This document shows, piece by piece, positions 46,944 to 56,197 of a stretch of DNA of 64,000 nt (position 1 is its first letter; every line of letters begins with the position of its first letter). Origin of the DNA: an uncultured Candidatus Saccharibacteria bacterium (GTDB lineage Bacteria > Patescibacteriota > Minisyncoccia > Phycocordibacterales > UBA12088); assembly GCA_964567265.1 (NCBI GenBank), contig CAZMLK010000001.1:331723-395722 (forward strand). The letters run 5' to 3'. The translations under genes were made by a program, and so were the position numbers. The notes beneath the pieces are model-generated. The model did no database searches, was not told the origin of the DNA, and saw only the letters and a list, made by a program, of their open reading frames with translations.

Positions 46944-48848
46944 ATGTCAAAAATTCTTGGAATCGACCTCGGCACCACGAATTCGGCGATGGCAATCGTT
47001 GAAGGCGGTGAGCCGCGCATTATTGAAAATGCGGAAGGCGTTCGCACGACCCCATCGGTCGTTGCTATTTCAAAGACGGCCGAGCGACTGGTCGGTCTTA
47101 TCGCGCGCCGGCAGGCGGTGACGAACCCGAAGAACACTGTGTACGGTATCAAGCGCTTCATCGGCCACACCTTCAATGAGGAGGCGGTCCAGAAGGACAA
47201 GGCCTCGGTCCCGTATGAAATCCAGGCCGGAAAGGATGGCGGTGTCGAAGTGAAGATGGGCGACCGTTTTTACCGACCAGAAGAAATTTCTGCAATGATC
47301 CTCGGTAAACTCAAGGCGGATGCAGAAGCACGCCTTGGAGAAACGATCACGGAGGCAGTCATTACAGTCCCTGCCTACTTCAATGACTCACAGAGACAGG
47401 CAACAAAGGACGCCGGCAAGATCGCGGGGCTCGATGTGAAGCGCATCATCAACGAGCCGACCGCAGCCGCGCTCGCGTATGGCATCAACAAGAAGAAGGA
47501 TGAGAAGATCGCTGTCTTCGACTTCGGCGGCGGCACCTTCGACATTTCTATCCTTGAAGTCGGCATGGCTGCAGAAGGCGAGGCATCGATTGAAGTCAAA
47601 TCGACTGACGGCGATGCGCACCTCGGTGGCAAGGATCTTGACCAGAAGATCATGACCTGGCTCGGAGATGAGTTCAAAAAGGAAAGCGGCATCGATATCC
47701 TGAACGACCCCCTCGCGCGCCAGCGCCTCGACGAGGCCGCAGAAAAGGCGAAGATCGAGCTCTCGAGCGCCGCGCAGACTGAAATCAACATCCCGTTCAT
47801 CACCTCGGACGCATCGGGCCCGCGCCACCTCCTCATCACGATGACCCGCGCGAAGCTCGAAGAGCTCGCACGCGAATTCGTCGACAAGGCCATGGCGATC
47901 ACGAAGCGGGCGATGGAATCGTCGCCATTCAAGGTGGCTGAGATCAACGAGGTCATCCTTGTCGGCGGCCAGACACGCATGCCGATGATCCAGGCAGCCG
48001 TGAAGGAGTTCTTCGGCAAGGAGCCGAACATGAGCGTGAACCCTGACGAAGTCGTCGCGATCGGCGCAGCGATCCAGGGAGGCATCCTCCAGGGCGACGT
48101 CAAGGACGTGCTCCTTCTTGACGTGATTCCACTTTCCCTCGGCATCGAGACCATGGGCGGCGTCGCGACCAAGCTTGTCGAGCGGAACACCACCATCCCA
48201 ACCTCACGTTCCCAGACATTCTCGACCGCAGCCGACAACCAAACCTCGGTAGAAATCCACGTCGTCCAAGGCGAGCGCGCGATGGCAGCTGACAACAAGT
48301 CGCTTGGGCAGTTCATCCTCGAAGGAATTCCTCCAGCACCGCGCGGCATGCCGCAGGTAGAAGTCTCATTCGATGTGGACGCGAACGGCATCGTGAACGT
48401 GACCGCGAAGGACAAGACCAGCGGCAAGGCACAGACCATTCGCATCGAAGCACGTGGCAGCCTGAGCGAAGAAGATATTGCAAAAATGACCGCTGATGCG
48501 GCATCCCACGAGGCTGACGACAAGGCCAAGCGTGAGCTTGTTGAGGCCAAGAATATGGCTGAGCAGCTTATCTACACCGCAGAGAAGTCGGTGAAGGACT
48601 ACGCGGATAAGGTTGCAGCTGAAGTGAAAACGGAGGTTGAAACCGCCATTGCGACTCTTAAGACCGCTAAGGAGGGAACTGACCTCGCGGCCATCAAGTC
48701 TGCAACCGAAAAGCTTTCAGAGGCACTCTCGAAGATTGGCGAAGCGATGTCGAAAGCTGCACCAGAATCCGCTCCGAATCCGAATCCAGCAGGCGAGAAG
48801 CCGCCAGAAGGCGAAGGACCAAAGGTCCATGATGCAGAGACGCAGTAA
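46944..48848 (+). CDS. dnaK: molecular chaperone DnaK (Hsp70)
   Basis: [35 protein letters not shown] Hsp70 signatures. Confidence 0.98.
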   Translation: MSKILGIDLGTTNSAMAIVEGGEPRIIENAEGVRTTPSVVAISKTAERLVGLIARRQAVTNPKNTVYGIKRFIGHTFNEEAVQKDKASVPYEIQAGKDGGVEVKMGDRFYRPEEISAMILGKLKADAEARLGETITEAVITVPAYFNDSQRQATKDAGKIAGLDVKRIINEPTAAALAYGINKKKDEKIAVFDFGGGTFDISILEVGMAAEGEASIEVKSTDGDAHLGGKDLDQKIMTWLGDEFKKESGIDILNDPLARQRLDEAAEKAKIELSSAAQTEINIPFITSDASGPRHLLITMTRAKLEELAREFVDKAMAITKRAMESSPFKVAEINEVILVGGQTRMPMIQAAVKEFFGKEPNMSVNPDEVVAIGAAIQGGILQGDVKDVLLLDVIPLSLGIETMGGVATKLVERNTTIPTSRSQTFSTAADNQTSVEIHVVQGERAMAADNKSLGQFILEGIPPAPRGMPQVEVSFDVDANGIVNVTAKDKTSGKAQTIRIEARGSLSEEDIAKMTADAASHEADDKAKRELVEAKNMAEQLIYTAEKSVKDYADKVAAEVKTEVETAIATLKTAKEGTDLAAIKSATEKLSEALSKIGEAMSKAAPESAPNPNPAGEKPPEGEGPKVHDAETQ

Positions 48849-48857
48849 TATAAAAAA

Positions 48858-48884
48858 TGAGCCGTCCTGAACATGGACGGCTCA
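48858..48884 (-). terminator. hairpin with U-tract on the minus strand (terminator for minus-strand small gene)
   Basis: TGAGCCGTCC-TGAACAT-GGACGGCTCA; + strand has A6 before stem, so T6 follows it on the minus strand. Confidence 0.6.
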
Positions 48885-48899
48885 AATCGGGGATCGCAA

Positions 48900-49163
48900 T
48901 TATCGTTCTTCGATAGCCAGCATACTGGTAAGTGCGGGGTTATGTGCGCCATCGTCATAAGAGAAAGGTATGAAATGAAAATCCCTGCCAGGATACCTTT
49001 CGTATAACCTCTTCATTCCACTGGAAAATTCAACAGCGGCCTCCCACCTACCAGGTGTACATCCATCAGGCAGCGTAATCATGATGACGAGCGGTTCCTC
49101 ACTTACGAGTTGTACAGTATCCGACGCATTGATCGAGTCAGGCATAGCCAGAACTCCATTCAT
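48900..49163 (-). CDS. small hypothetical protein (87 aa) between dnaK and dnaJ, antisense orientation
   Basis: AT-richer segment; ATG at 49161-49163 (rc) preceded by AAGGCA ribosome-binding site; own TTGACA-17-TTTATA promoter and terminator; no family motif. Confidence 0.45.
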   Translation of the reverse strand: MNGVLAMPDSINASDTVQLVSEEPLVIMITLPDGCTPGRWEAAVEFSSGMKRLYERYPGRDFHFIPFSYDDGAHNPALTSMLAIEER

Positions 49164-49187
49164 GATTGCCTTAATGTTCCAAGGCAA

Positions 49188-49229
49188 TATAAAACATTAA
49201 TTTACAACTCTGTCAACTAGGAGTACATT
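49188..49229. promoter_or_regulatory. divergent promoters: minus-strand TTGACA-17-TTTATA (small gene) and plus-strand TTTACA-17-TACATT (dnaJ)
   Basis: rc of 49188-49216 gives TTGACA..17..TTTATA; + strand 49201-49229 gives TTTACA..17..TACATT. Confidence 0.45.
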
Positions 49230-49237
49230 AGGAATCT

Positions 49238-50293
49238 ATGGCGAAGGACTACTACAAAACGCTAGGGCTTGAAAAAGGTGCCTCGAAGGAGGAGATCAAG
49301 AAGGCTTTCCACAAGCTGGCCCACAAGTACCACCCGGACAAGAAGACGGGCGACGAGGCCAAGTTCAAGGAGGTCTCTGAGGCGTACAGCATCCTCTCCG
49401 ACGACAAGAAGCGCGCAGAGTACGATTCGTATGGCCGTACCTTCACTGGCGCCGGCGGGCCAGACGGCTTCGACTTCTCTGGCTTCCAGGGCGGCAATCC
49501 GTTCCAGGGCTTCGAGTTCGATCTCGGGGATATTTTCGGCGACATCTTCGGGCAGAGCGGCGGGCGCGAGCGCCGCGGCCGGGATATCTCGATCGATCTC
49601 CAGCTTCCGCTGAAGGATATCGTCTTCGGGACCGAGCGGACCGTCATGCTCACCAAGACAAGTTCGTGTCCGCTGTGCGCCGGTTCTGGTGCGGAGCCGG
49701 GTACCGAACTCATCACCTGCAAGACATGCAATGGGAAGGGAAAGATCCATGAGAGCCGCAATTCGTTCTTCGGCTCGATCGCGACGACCCGCGTCTGTCC
49801 TGATTGTTCAGGGACCGGTACTGTTCCCAAGACCCCATGTTCTGAATGCCACGGCGTCGGCGTCGTGAAGCGACAGGACGATATCGTCATCAAGGTCCCG
49901 CCCGGCATCAACGACGGCGAGATGATCCGGCTTGCCGGCATGGGCGAAGCGGTTCCGAAGGGAACGACTGGCGATCTGTACGTGAAGATCCGCGTCGAGC
50001 GCGATACGACCTTCACTCGCGAAGGCTCGAATCTGATCATGAACCACACCATCAAGCTTTCGGATGCGCTCCTTGGCTCCAAATACACCATCAAGACATT
50101 CGACGGCGATGTCCAAGTAACCGTGCCTCCTGGCATCGGCTTCGGCGAATTCCTCCGCGTAAAAGGGAAGGGTGTCGTCATTCCACAGGGCGGCCGCGGC
50201 GACCTCCTTATCCGCATCGTTATCCAGCTCCCGAACAAGCTTTCCCGGAAAGCACGTGAGGCTGTGGAAAAGCTCCAGGAAGAAGGCATATAG
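49238..50293 (+). CDS. dnaJ: molecular chaperone DnaJ
   Basis: J domain HPD (KYHPDKK), G/F region, four CxxCxGxG zinc-finger repeats. Confidence 0.97.
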   Translation: MAKDYYKTLGLEKGASKEEIKKAFHKLAHKYHPDKKTGDEAKFKEVSEAYSILSDDKKRAEYDSYGRTFTGAGGPDGFDFSGFQGGNPFQGFEFDLGDIFGDIFGQSGGRERRGRDISIDLQLPLKDIVFGTERTVMLTKTSSCPLCAGSGAEPGTELITCKTCNGKGKIHESRNSFFGSIATTRVCPDCSGTGTVPKTPCSECHGVGVVKRQDDIVIKVPPGINDGEMIRLAGMGEAVPKGTTGDLYVKIRVERDTTFTREGSNLIMNHTIKLSDALLGSKYTIKTFDGDVQVTVPPGIGFGEFLRVKGKGVVIPQGGRGDLLIRIVIQLPNKLSRKAREAVEKLQEEGI

Positions 50294-50368
50294 CGGAAAG
50301 CGCATCTGCGGTATACTGGGGCAGTGCCTCAAGCACTGCAAACAGCGCAAGCCGCGGGTGAAAATGCC

Positions 50369-50827
50369 GTGACCTCACTCGGTTCGGTGCCAACGGACAT
50401 TTTCGTCATACTCGCGCTTTTCCTCGTCCTGTTCGTCTGGACCAAGATGAAAGGATTCAACGGTCCCGTCGCACTCCTTGTCTCGTTGATCGCCTCGACT
50501 GCACTTTTCAATGCATTCCCGTATGTGAGCATATTTTCAAGCTCGCCCTTCGTCCCGCTCGCACTCTTTGCAGTACTCACGGGTGCACTCACCTACGTGC
50601 TCTCAGGAATCATTTCGATATTCTCGTTCCAGGGCGGGGCGATGGATTGGCTGAAGACCGCAGTGCTCGCGTTCCTGTTGACCGCGCTCATTGTCGGGAT
50701 TTCATATCATGTCGTTTCGATCGCACCCGTATACACCTGGAGCGGAGCTGTTGACTTCGTCTTCAAGCCGGATGCATACTTCTTCTGGCTGCTGCTGGCG
50801 CCGTTCGGATTATTATTACTGCTCTAG
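50369..50827 (+). CDS. membrane protein, unknown function (first gene of speH cluster)
   Basis: 4 hydrophobic helices; GTG 50369 has GGTGA ribosome-binding site 8 nt upstream; alternative GTG 50324 directly follows TATACT -10. Confidence 0.55.
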   Translation: MTSLGSVPTDIFVILALFLVLFVWTKMKGFNGPVALLVSLIASTALFNAFPYVSIFSSSPFVPLALFAVLTGALTYVLSGIISIFSFQGGAMDWLKTAVLAFLLTALIVGISYHVVSIAPVYTWSGAVDFVFKPDAYFFWLLLAPFGLLLLL

Positions 50828-50845
50828 GACACTAATTACCACGTC

Positions 50846-51262
50846 ATGAGCCCTGTCGAAGAAGAGACGCCTCAAACATATTTTGGAGAGCACATTACGA
50901 TTGACGGTTATGGAGGTGACGCCGCGCGACTCAACGACAAAGACCTTGTACTTTCGATACTGAATGAATTGCCGAGCCTTCTTGAGATGAAGAAGCTTTC
51001 GGAGCCGGAGATTTATTTTGCTGAGGGCAATGGCGCGAAGGATCCAGGTGGCTGGAGCGGTTTCGTGGTGATCGCCGAAAGCCACATCAGTGTGCACACT
51101 TTTCCAGGGCGCCAGTTCGTGAGCGCCGATGTATACACGTGCAAGAACCGCATGGATGTGGCGTTCGTAGAACGGTTTTTTGCCGAGAAGTTCCTGCTCG
51201 CGGACATCGAGACCAATTTCATTAAACGCGGGACACGGTACCCGAACCATAACACCGCATAG
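50846..51262 (+). CDS. speH: S-adenosylmethionine decarboxylase proenzyme (pyruvoyl-dependent, class 1b)
   Basis: GWSGFVVIAESHISVHTFP (ES|S self-cleavage/pyruvoyl site) and DVYTC match SpeH family. Confidence 0.9.
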   Translation: MSPVEEETPQTYFGEHITIDGYGGDAARLNDKDLVLSILNELPSLLEMKKLSEPEIYFAEGNGAKDPGGWSGFVVIAESHISVHTFPGRQFVSADVYTCKNRMDVAFVERFFAEKFLLADIETNFIKRGTRYPNHNTA

Positions 51263-51814
51263 ATGACACGGGTTGCACTCAATACGCTGATCGAATCGGT
51301 ACGCAGATGGGCAATCACCATTGCAGCCAATGTCGGATCTATTTACATTCTCGACGTCACGGCGACCGCATTCGGACTCGGGTTAGTCGCCCTCTTGCAG
51401 ATCTTCGCGCCAGGTATTCTTGGTATGCCCATTGCATATATTGCCTTATTCCTGGCGTGCTCATACGCCATTTGGGGCTATTCGCTTTCCCAGAACCTGA
51501 AAGCAAATTGGCGCCTCCTTGAGGAAACGGAGACAAGCACGAATGTCCTCTCAAAAGCGATGCATGACCTGGCCACTTCCTATACCCGGAATCTTGCCGT
51601 CCGAAAATTCGCGACCGGTGCCGGGTATGCGGTTACGGAGCTTGCAAAAGAGATTCCATACTATGTGGCCGCATTCGGGGCCGCAGCCGCGAGCGAGACC
51701 ATCACGGTGAATGCCTCCCTCCTGTTTCTCGCGGGCGCGAATCTGGGTGCCGCGGTATACGAATATGTCCTCGCGCTTGGTACGATCCGAGTCCTTTCTT
51801 TTATACATAAATAA
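51263..51814 (+). CDS. membrane protein, unknown function
   Basis: Starts 1 nt after speH stop; 4-5 hydrophobic helices. Confidence 0.6.
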   Translation: MTRVALNTLIESVRRWAITIAANVGSIYILDVTATAFGLGLVALLQIFAPGILGMPIAYIALFLACSYAIWGYSLSQNLKANWRLLEETETSTNVLSKAMHDLATSYTRNLAVRKFATGAGYAVTELAKEIPYYVAAFGAAAASETITVNASLLFLAGANLGAAVYEYVLALGTIRVLSFIHK

Positions 51815-51820
51815 AACACC

Positions 51821-52606
51821 GTGAATACCGAGCAACAGTCGCACTACGACACCTACGAGGACGACTGGGTCCCGCAGGATTATCTGAAGTACTACTACTC
51901 GGCGGTAAACGCCGACGAGGAGCATACGATGCGTTTCTTCGCGGATACCGTCCGTGAGATCGGAGACCTTGGCAACGTTCTGTATTTCGGCTGCGGCCCG
52001 ACCCTCCACCACGTTTTTCTTGCAGCGCCGAAGGCTCGGACCATCCATCTTGCCGACTACCTCAAGAACAACATGGACGAGGTGCAGAAGTGGCTGAACG
52101 GGGATGCCGAGGCGCACGACTGGCGGCCGTTCGTGCGCTATACGCTCATCTGCGAAGGTATCAGTAACCCATCGGAAGAGGATATTTCAGAGCGCGAACA
52201 GCTGACCCGGAGCAAGATCACCAAGCTTCTCTCAGACACTGATGTCAACGATGCGGATCCGCTTGGTGAGGAGGGTGCGGGAAGATATACGACAATCATC
52301 AGCGCGTACTGTGCCGATGCCGTGACGACAGACAAGGACGTGTGGCGTCAGTACATGCGGAACATCGCGTCCATGCTCGCGCCGGGCGGACACCTTCTTG
52401 TGTCAGCACTCGGGAACACCAAGGAATATCGCGTCAACGGCAAGATTTTTCCCTGCGTGAACCTCAGCAAGCAAGACATGGAGGACGCTTTGAAGCTCGA
52501 CTTCGCGCATGATAGTATCAAGGTCATAGAAGTGACCAGTCTTGGCGAGCAGGAGGAACTCGGATACACGGGTATTATTCTGGCTCGAGCAAGCAAAACA
52601 ATATGA
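51821..52606 (+). CDS. NNMT/PNMT/TEMT-family SAM-dependent N-methyltransferase homolog
   Basis: PQDYLKYYY, LYFGCGPTLHH, EVQKWLNGDAEAHDWRPFV, LAPGGHLLVSAL align with nicotinamide N-methyltransferase family (PRDYLEKYY, LIDIGSGPTIYQ, ELEKWLKKEPEAFDWSPVV, LKPGGFLVIMDAL). Confidence 0.85.
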   Translation: MNTEQQSHYDTYEDDWVPQDYLKYYYSAVNADEEHTMRFFADTVREIGDLGNVLYFGCGPTLHHVFLAAPKARTIHLADYLKNNMDEVQKWLNGDAEAHDWRPFVRYTLICEGISNPSEEDISEREQLTRSKITKLLSDTDVNDADPLGEEGAGRYTTIISAYCADAVTTDKDVWRQYMRNIASMLAPGGHLLVSALGNTKEYRVNGKIFPCVNLSKQDMEDALKLDFAHDSIKVIEVTSLGEQEELGYTGIILARASKTI

Positions 52607-53481
52607 AAGAAACGCATCTGAACCTGACTAGCAGTTCAGCAATCATTGGCGGATTTTTTAGTTGTCTCCTGGTCCTCTGGTTCTCCGTCTCGATCGCGCT
52701 TACCCAGATGGGTGCGCTCGAAGGATCATCCTACTTATTAGCGGGTGTTCCGACTGCACCATACAGTTACATATTCGCGTTTCTCTACGGCCTCATCCCC
52801 CTCGCAGGAGGCATCATGGGCCTCTCCAAGGCGCGGAAGTGGGGCATGTTCGGAAGCCTGATGGGGAAGGCGCTCTTCTTCTTGTCAGTCGGACTCATCA
52901 CATGGGGCGTCGGGGAAGCTATCTGGTCCTACTACAATTTTTTCCTTGACCAGGAGATTCCGTATCCGTCCCTCGCAGACGCGAGTTTCATGCTCAGCTG
53001 GCCGCTCTGGGCCATCGGGACGTTCTATCTTTCCCACGCTACGGGACTCAAATACGCGCTCAAGCAGCGGAGCGGACGCTTCCTAGCATTTGCCATTCCC
53101 GTATTTGCAGCCGCGGTCACGTACTACCTTCTCGTGGTCGTCGCGCGAGGCGGTTCGTTTGAATTCGAAGGCGGGGCGGCAAAGGTATTCTTCGATCTCG
53201 GATATCCGATCGGTGACGCGGTCATCCTCGCGCTGGCGCTTCTGGTATATGGGCTATCATTCCGCTATCTCGGTGGCCGTTTCAAGTGGCCGGTACTCCT
53301 CTTGCTGTTCGGATTCGTCCTCAATTACATCGCTGATTTCGGATTCTCCTACACCACGACCGTCGGCACTTTTTACAATGGCAACTGGGTTGATCTGATT
53401 TTCGCGACAGCCATGTTCTTCCTTAGCTTCGCTGTTAACAGTTTCGATATCGCTGATGGCACATCAGCCACACTTAAATGA
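52603..53481 (+). CDS. membrane protein (7-8 TM), unknown function
   Basis: ATGA overlap with upstream gene; polytopic. Confidence 0.65.
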   Translation: MKETHLNLTSSSAIIGGFFSCLLVLWFSVSIALTQMGALEGSSYLLAGVPTAPYSYIFAFLYGLIPLAGGIMGLSKARKWGMFGSLMGKALFFLSVGLITWGVGEAIWSYYNFFLDQEIPYPSLADASFMLSWPLWAIGTFYLSHATGLKYALKQRSGRFLAFAIPVFAAAVTYYLLVVVARGGSFEFEGGAAKVFFDLGYPIGDAVILALALLVYGLSFRYLGGRFKWPVLLLLFGFVLNYIADFGFSYTTTVGTFYNGNWVDLIFATAMFFLSFAVNSFDIADGTSATLK

Positions 53482-53762
53482 GCGCGCTCGACCAAGTAGC
53501 TGGACAGATAATAAAGGAGCAAGGGCTCATCATCGGTCCGATTGCTTGGAGCACGGCGCGGCGGGTGACTGGACTCCAAGTCATCGATGAGGGTGTGGGG
53601 CAAGTCGTCCTCGATCAGAATCGGAGCAGGGAAGTAGTAGACGCGCTCGTGCACGAATATGAATCCCTCTTCGGGCTCGCTGCGCGGGAGGCCTGCCGAG
53701 AAGCGGTCGTGTCCCTGATCGCGGATCTTCCGAAGGATCAGGTTCCGTCGAGCCTCCAGTAA
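53478..53762 (+). CDS. small hypothetical protein (94 aa)
   Basis: ATGA overlap with upstream membrane protein gene (translational coupling); no motif. Confidence 0.45.
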   Translation: MSALDQVAGQIIKEQGLIIGPIAWSTARRVTGLQVIDEGVGQVVLDQNRSREVVDALVHEYESLFGLAAREACREAVVSLIADLPKDQVPSSLQ

Positions 53763-53787
53763 TTAATGCATCAATTCCAATAGACAC

Positions 53788-55182
53788 ATGGGTATATTCT
53801 CGCGCCGAACAACCGCCCCTCCCCAGAGCGACGGTGCACCCGTAGACAAATCAAAGGAGGTTGCCGAGAGCTTGTACCGGCAGAATCTGGAGCTGGCGGT
53901 TACCAACAAGACGCTGTCTCTTCTTGAGAAGCTTTACGGCATCAGCATTCTCAGCCTCGACTCGAAGGAAATCGCGAAGCGGATCAGCGAAACGATCCGC
54001 GAGGACTTCAATTTCGCGGAAGTCAGCATTCTCAGTTTTGACCAAAAGACGGACGGACTTACAGAACTCGCTTCCGCCATGTCTCAGAAATTCGAGAGCG
54101 TGCGCGGAGCCCTCGCGGATTGTTACCCGAAGGCATCGGAAACGCCCTTCTTCCGCACCGCAATTACGGACCGTAAAATGGGCTATACGGAGGATCTTCG
54201 GGAAGTATTCGGAAGCAAGCCGGACAGAGCACTCCTTGAGAAGCTGATTACCGAAGGACATGCACGCTCTGCGATCAGCTTCCCGCTCATCACCGATGAT
54301 GCAGTGATCGGGGTCTGCCTCCTCATTCTTAATCGCGTGTATGCCGAGCTTGCTGCGTATGAAAAAGATTCGATGGCAAGCTTCACGAACGTGATCGCAG
54401 TCGCGCTCGACAAGGCGCGACTTTATGAGCAGCTGAAGACGAGCAACGAGCAGCTCGGGAAGACGAATGAGCGTCTGCGCATCCTTGACCAGCAGAAGAC
54501 AGAATTCGTTTCGATCGCCTCGCACCAGCTCCGCGCTCCAGTGACGGCGCTCAAGGGCTATGCATCTCTGATTCTTGAAGGCTCCTTTGGGGCAGTCCCG
54601 GAAACCATGAAGGAGGCAGTATCCCGCATCTTCGAGTCGAGCAAATACATGGCAGCCTCGATCGATGACTTCCTCAGCATCACGCGCATCGAGCAGGGGC
54701 AGATGAAATATGACTACAAGACGTTCAACGCCGTGAAATTGGGCAAGCAGACCTACGAGGAATACATCCCGCTCGCGGAAAAGAAGAAGCTCGAGCTCAC
54801 ATTCACCGGCGACGGCGAACTCAACGTGAACGCGGACGAGAACAAGATCAAGCAGGTCATGACGAACCTCGTTGATAATGCAGTCAAGTATACGATCCAA
54901 GGCTTCGTAGCGATCAGCGTGACCATGGATCCATCCGGCACGAAGGTCCTGTTCGCAGTCAAGGATTCAGGCATCGGTATCTCGGAAGAGGACCGCCAGA
55001 AGCTGTTCACAAAATTCGGCCGGGCATCGAATGCCAATACTGCGAATGTGCAGGGAACCGGGCTCGGCCTCTTCGTGGCGGAACAGATGGTGAAGGCGCA
55101 AGGCGGCGCGATCACCATTTTCTCTGAGGGGGCAGGGAAGGGGACGACCTTCACGATGGAGCTTCCCACGGCGAGGAAATAG
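53788..55182 (+). CDS. cytoplasmic sensor histidine kinase (GAF + HisKA + HATPase_c)
   Basis: H-box FVSIASHQLRAP, N-box NLVDNAVKYT, G1 DSGIGI, G2 GTGLGL; no TM; no adjacent response regulator. Confidence 0.9.
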   Translation: MGIFSRRTTAPPQSDGAPVDKSKEVAESLYRQNLELAVTNKTLSLLEKLYGISILSLDSKEIAKRISETIREDFNFAEVSILSFDQKTDGLTELASAMSQKFESVRGALADCYPKASETPFFRTAITDRKMGYTEDLREVFGSKPDRALLEKLITEGHARSAISFPLITDDAVIGVCLLILNRVYAELAAYEKDSMASFTNVIAVALDKARLYEQLKTSNEQLGKTNERLRILDQQKTEFVSIASHQLRAPVTALKGYASLILEGSFGAVPETMKEAVSRIFESSKYMAASIDDFLSITRIEQGQMKYDYKTFNAVKLGKQTYEEYIPLAEKKKLELTFTGDGELNVNADENKIKQVMTNLVDNAVKYTIQGFVAISVTMDPSGTKVLFAVKDSGIGISEEDRQKLFTKFGRASNANTANVQGTGLGLFVAEQMVKAQGGAITIFSEGAGKGTTFTMELPTARK

Positions 55183-55231
55183 GCCGGCTCGGAACTGTTC
55201 GAATAAGCCGTTTTCTGCTAGAATTCGCGTC

Positions 55232-56188
55232 ATGACGTCTCAAAATACACGTCGGCTTATCTCAGGCGTCAAGCCGACCGGCCGCCCTCATATCGGCAAC
55301 TATTTCGGCGCGATGCGCCAGTTTGTCGATCAGCAAAGCAATTTCGAGGCATTCTATTTCATTGCTGATTACCATGCACTGAACGGCATCCAGGATGCGG
55401 CCGAAATGCGGGAAAACATTCTCGGAGTCGCGATGGACTACCTTGCGGTCGGACTTGACCCGAAGAACAGCGTAATCTTCAAGCAGTCAGATATCAGCGC
55501 GCACACGGAGCTCGCATGGATTTTCGACACCTTCACGACGATGCCGTATCTCATGCGCGCGCATGCGTTCAAGGACGCGGAAGCGAAGAACAAGGAGATC
55601 AGTGTCGGCACCTTCAACTATCCGATACTCATGGCAGCCGACATCCTCCTCTACGACGCCGATGTGGTTCCGGTTGGCCAAGACCAGAAGCAGCATATCG
55701 AGTACGCGCGCGATACAGCAGAGAAATTCAATCGCATTTTCGGCCAAACCTTCAAGCTTCCTGAGCCGCTCATCATCGAAGATGTCGCGATCGTTCCGGG
55801 CCTCGATGGCCAGAAGATGTCGAAAAGCTATGGCAACACCATCCCGCTCTTCGCCGAAGAGGAAGAGATCCGTAAGTGCGCGATGGGCATCGTCACCGAC
55901 TCGTCGGGAGACTTTCCGACCAATGTGTATGCCATCCACAAGCTCTTCAAGACCGAGGAAGAGTTGAAGCCGCTCTACGAGGAGAACAAGAAAAATTACA
56001 AGGCGCTCAAGGAGGCACTGGCTGCGGACATCAATACATTCATCGCTCCGCTTCGCGAGAAACGGAAGGAATTCGCAGCGAATCCTGAGTCGGTAAAGGA
56101 AATGTTGCGAGAGGGAGGGGATCGCGCGCGAGCGGTCGCGGATGCGAAGATGGATGCGGTCCGCAAACATATCGGCGTTAGTCTTTAA
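55232..56188 (+). CDS. trpS: tryptophan--tRNA ligase
   Basis: GVKPTGRPHIGNYFGA HIGH-class motif, KMSKS. Confidence 0.95.
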   Translation: MTSQNTRRLISGVKPTGRPHIGNYFGAMRQFVDQQSNFEAFYFIADYHALNGIQDAAEMRENILGVAMDYLAVGLDPKNSVIFKQSDISAHTELAWIFDTFTTMPYLMRAHAFKDAEAKNKEISVGTFNYPILMAADILLYDADVVPVGQDQKQHIEYARDTAEKFNRIFGQTFKLPEPLIIEDVAIVPGLDGQKMSKSYGNTIPLFAEEEEIRKCAMGIVTDSSGDFPTNVYAIHKLFKTEEELKPLYEENKKNYKALKEALAADINTFIAPLREKRKEFAANPESVKEMLREGGDRARAVADAKMDAVRKHIGVSL

Positions 56189-56197
56189 ATAAAAATC

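Noticed and set aside
47375-48550. 391-aa minus-strand ORF antisense to dnaK (and similar long antisense ORFs opposite dnaJ 49252-50289, atpD 11055-11723, RND 14152-15051, alaS 37357-38135)
   Set aside because: They lie entirely inside strongly supported conserved genes on the other strand. They are typical stop-codon-poor shadow frames of GC-rich coding DNA, and their products are low-complexity.
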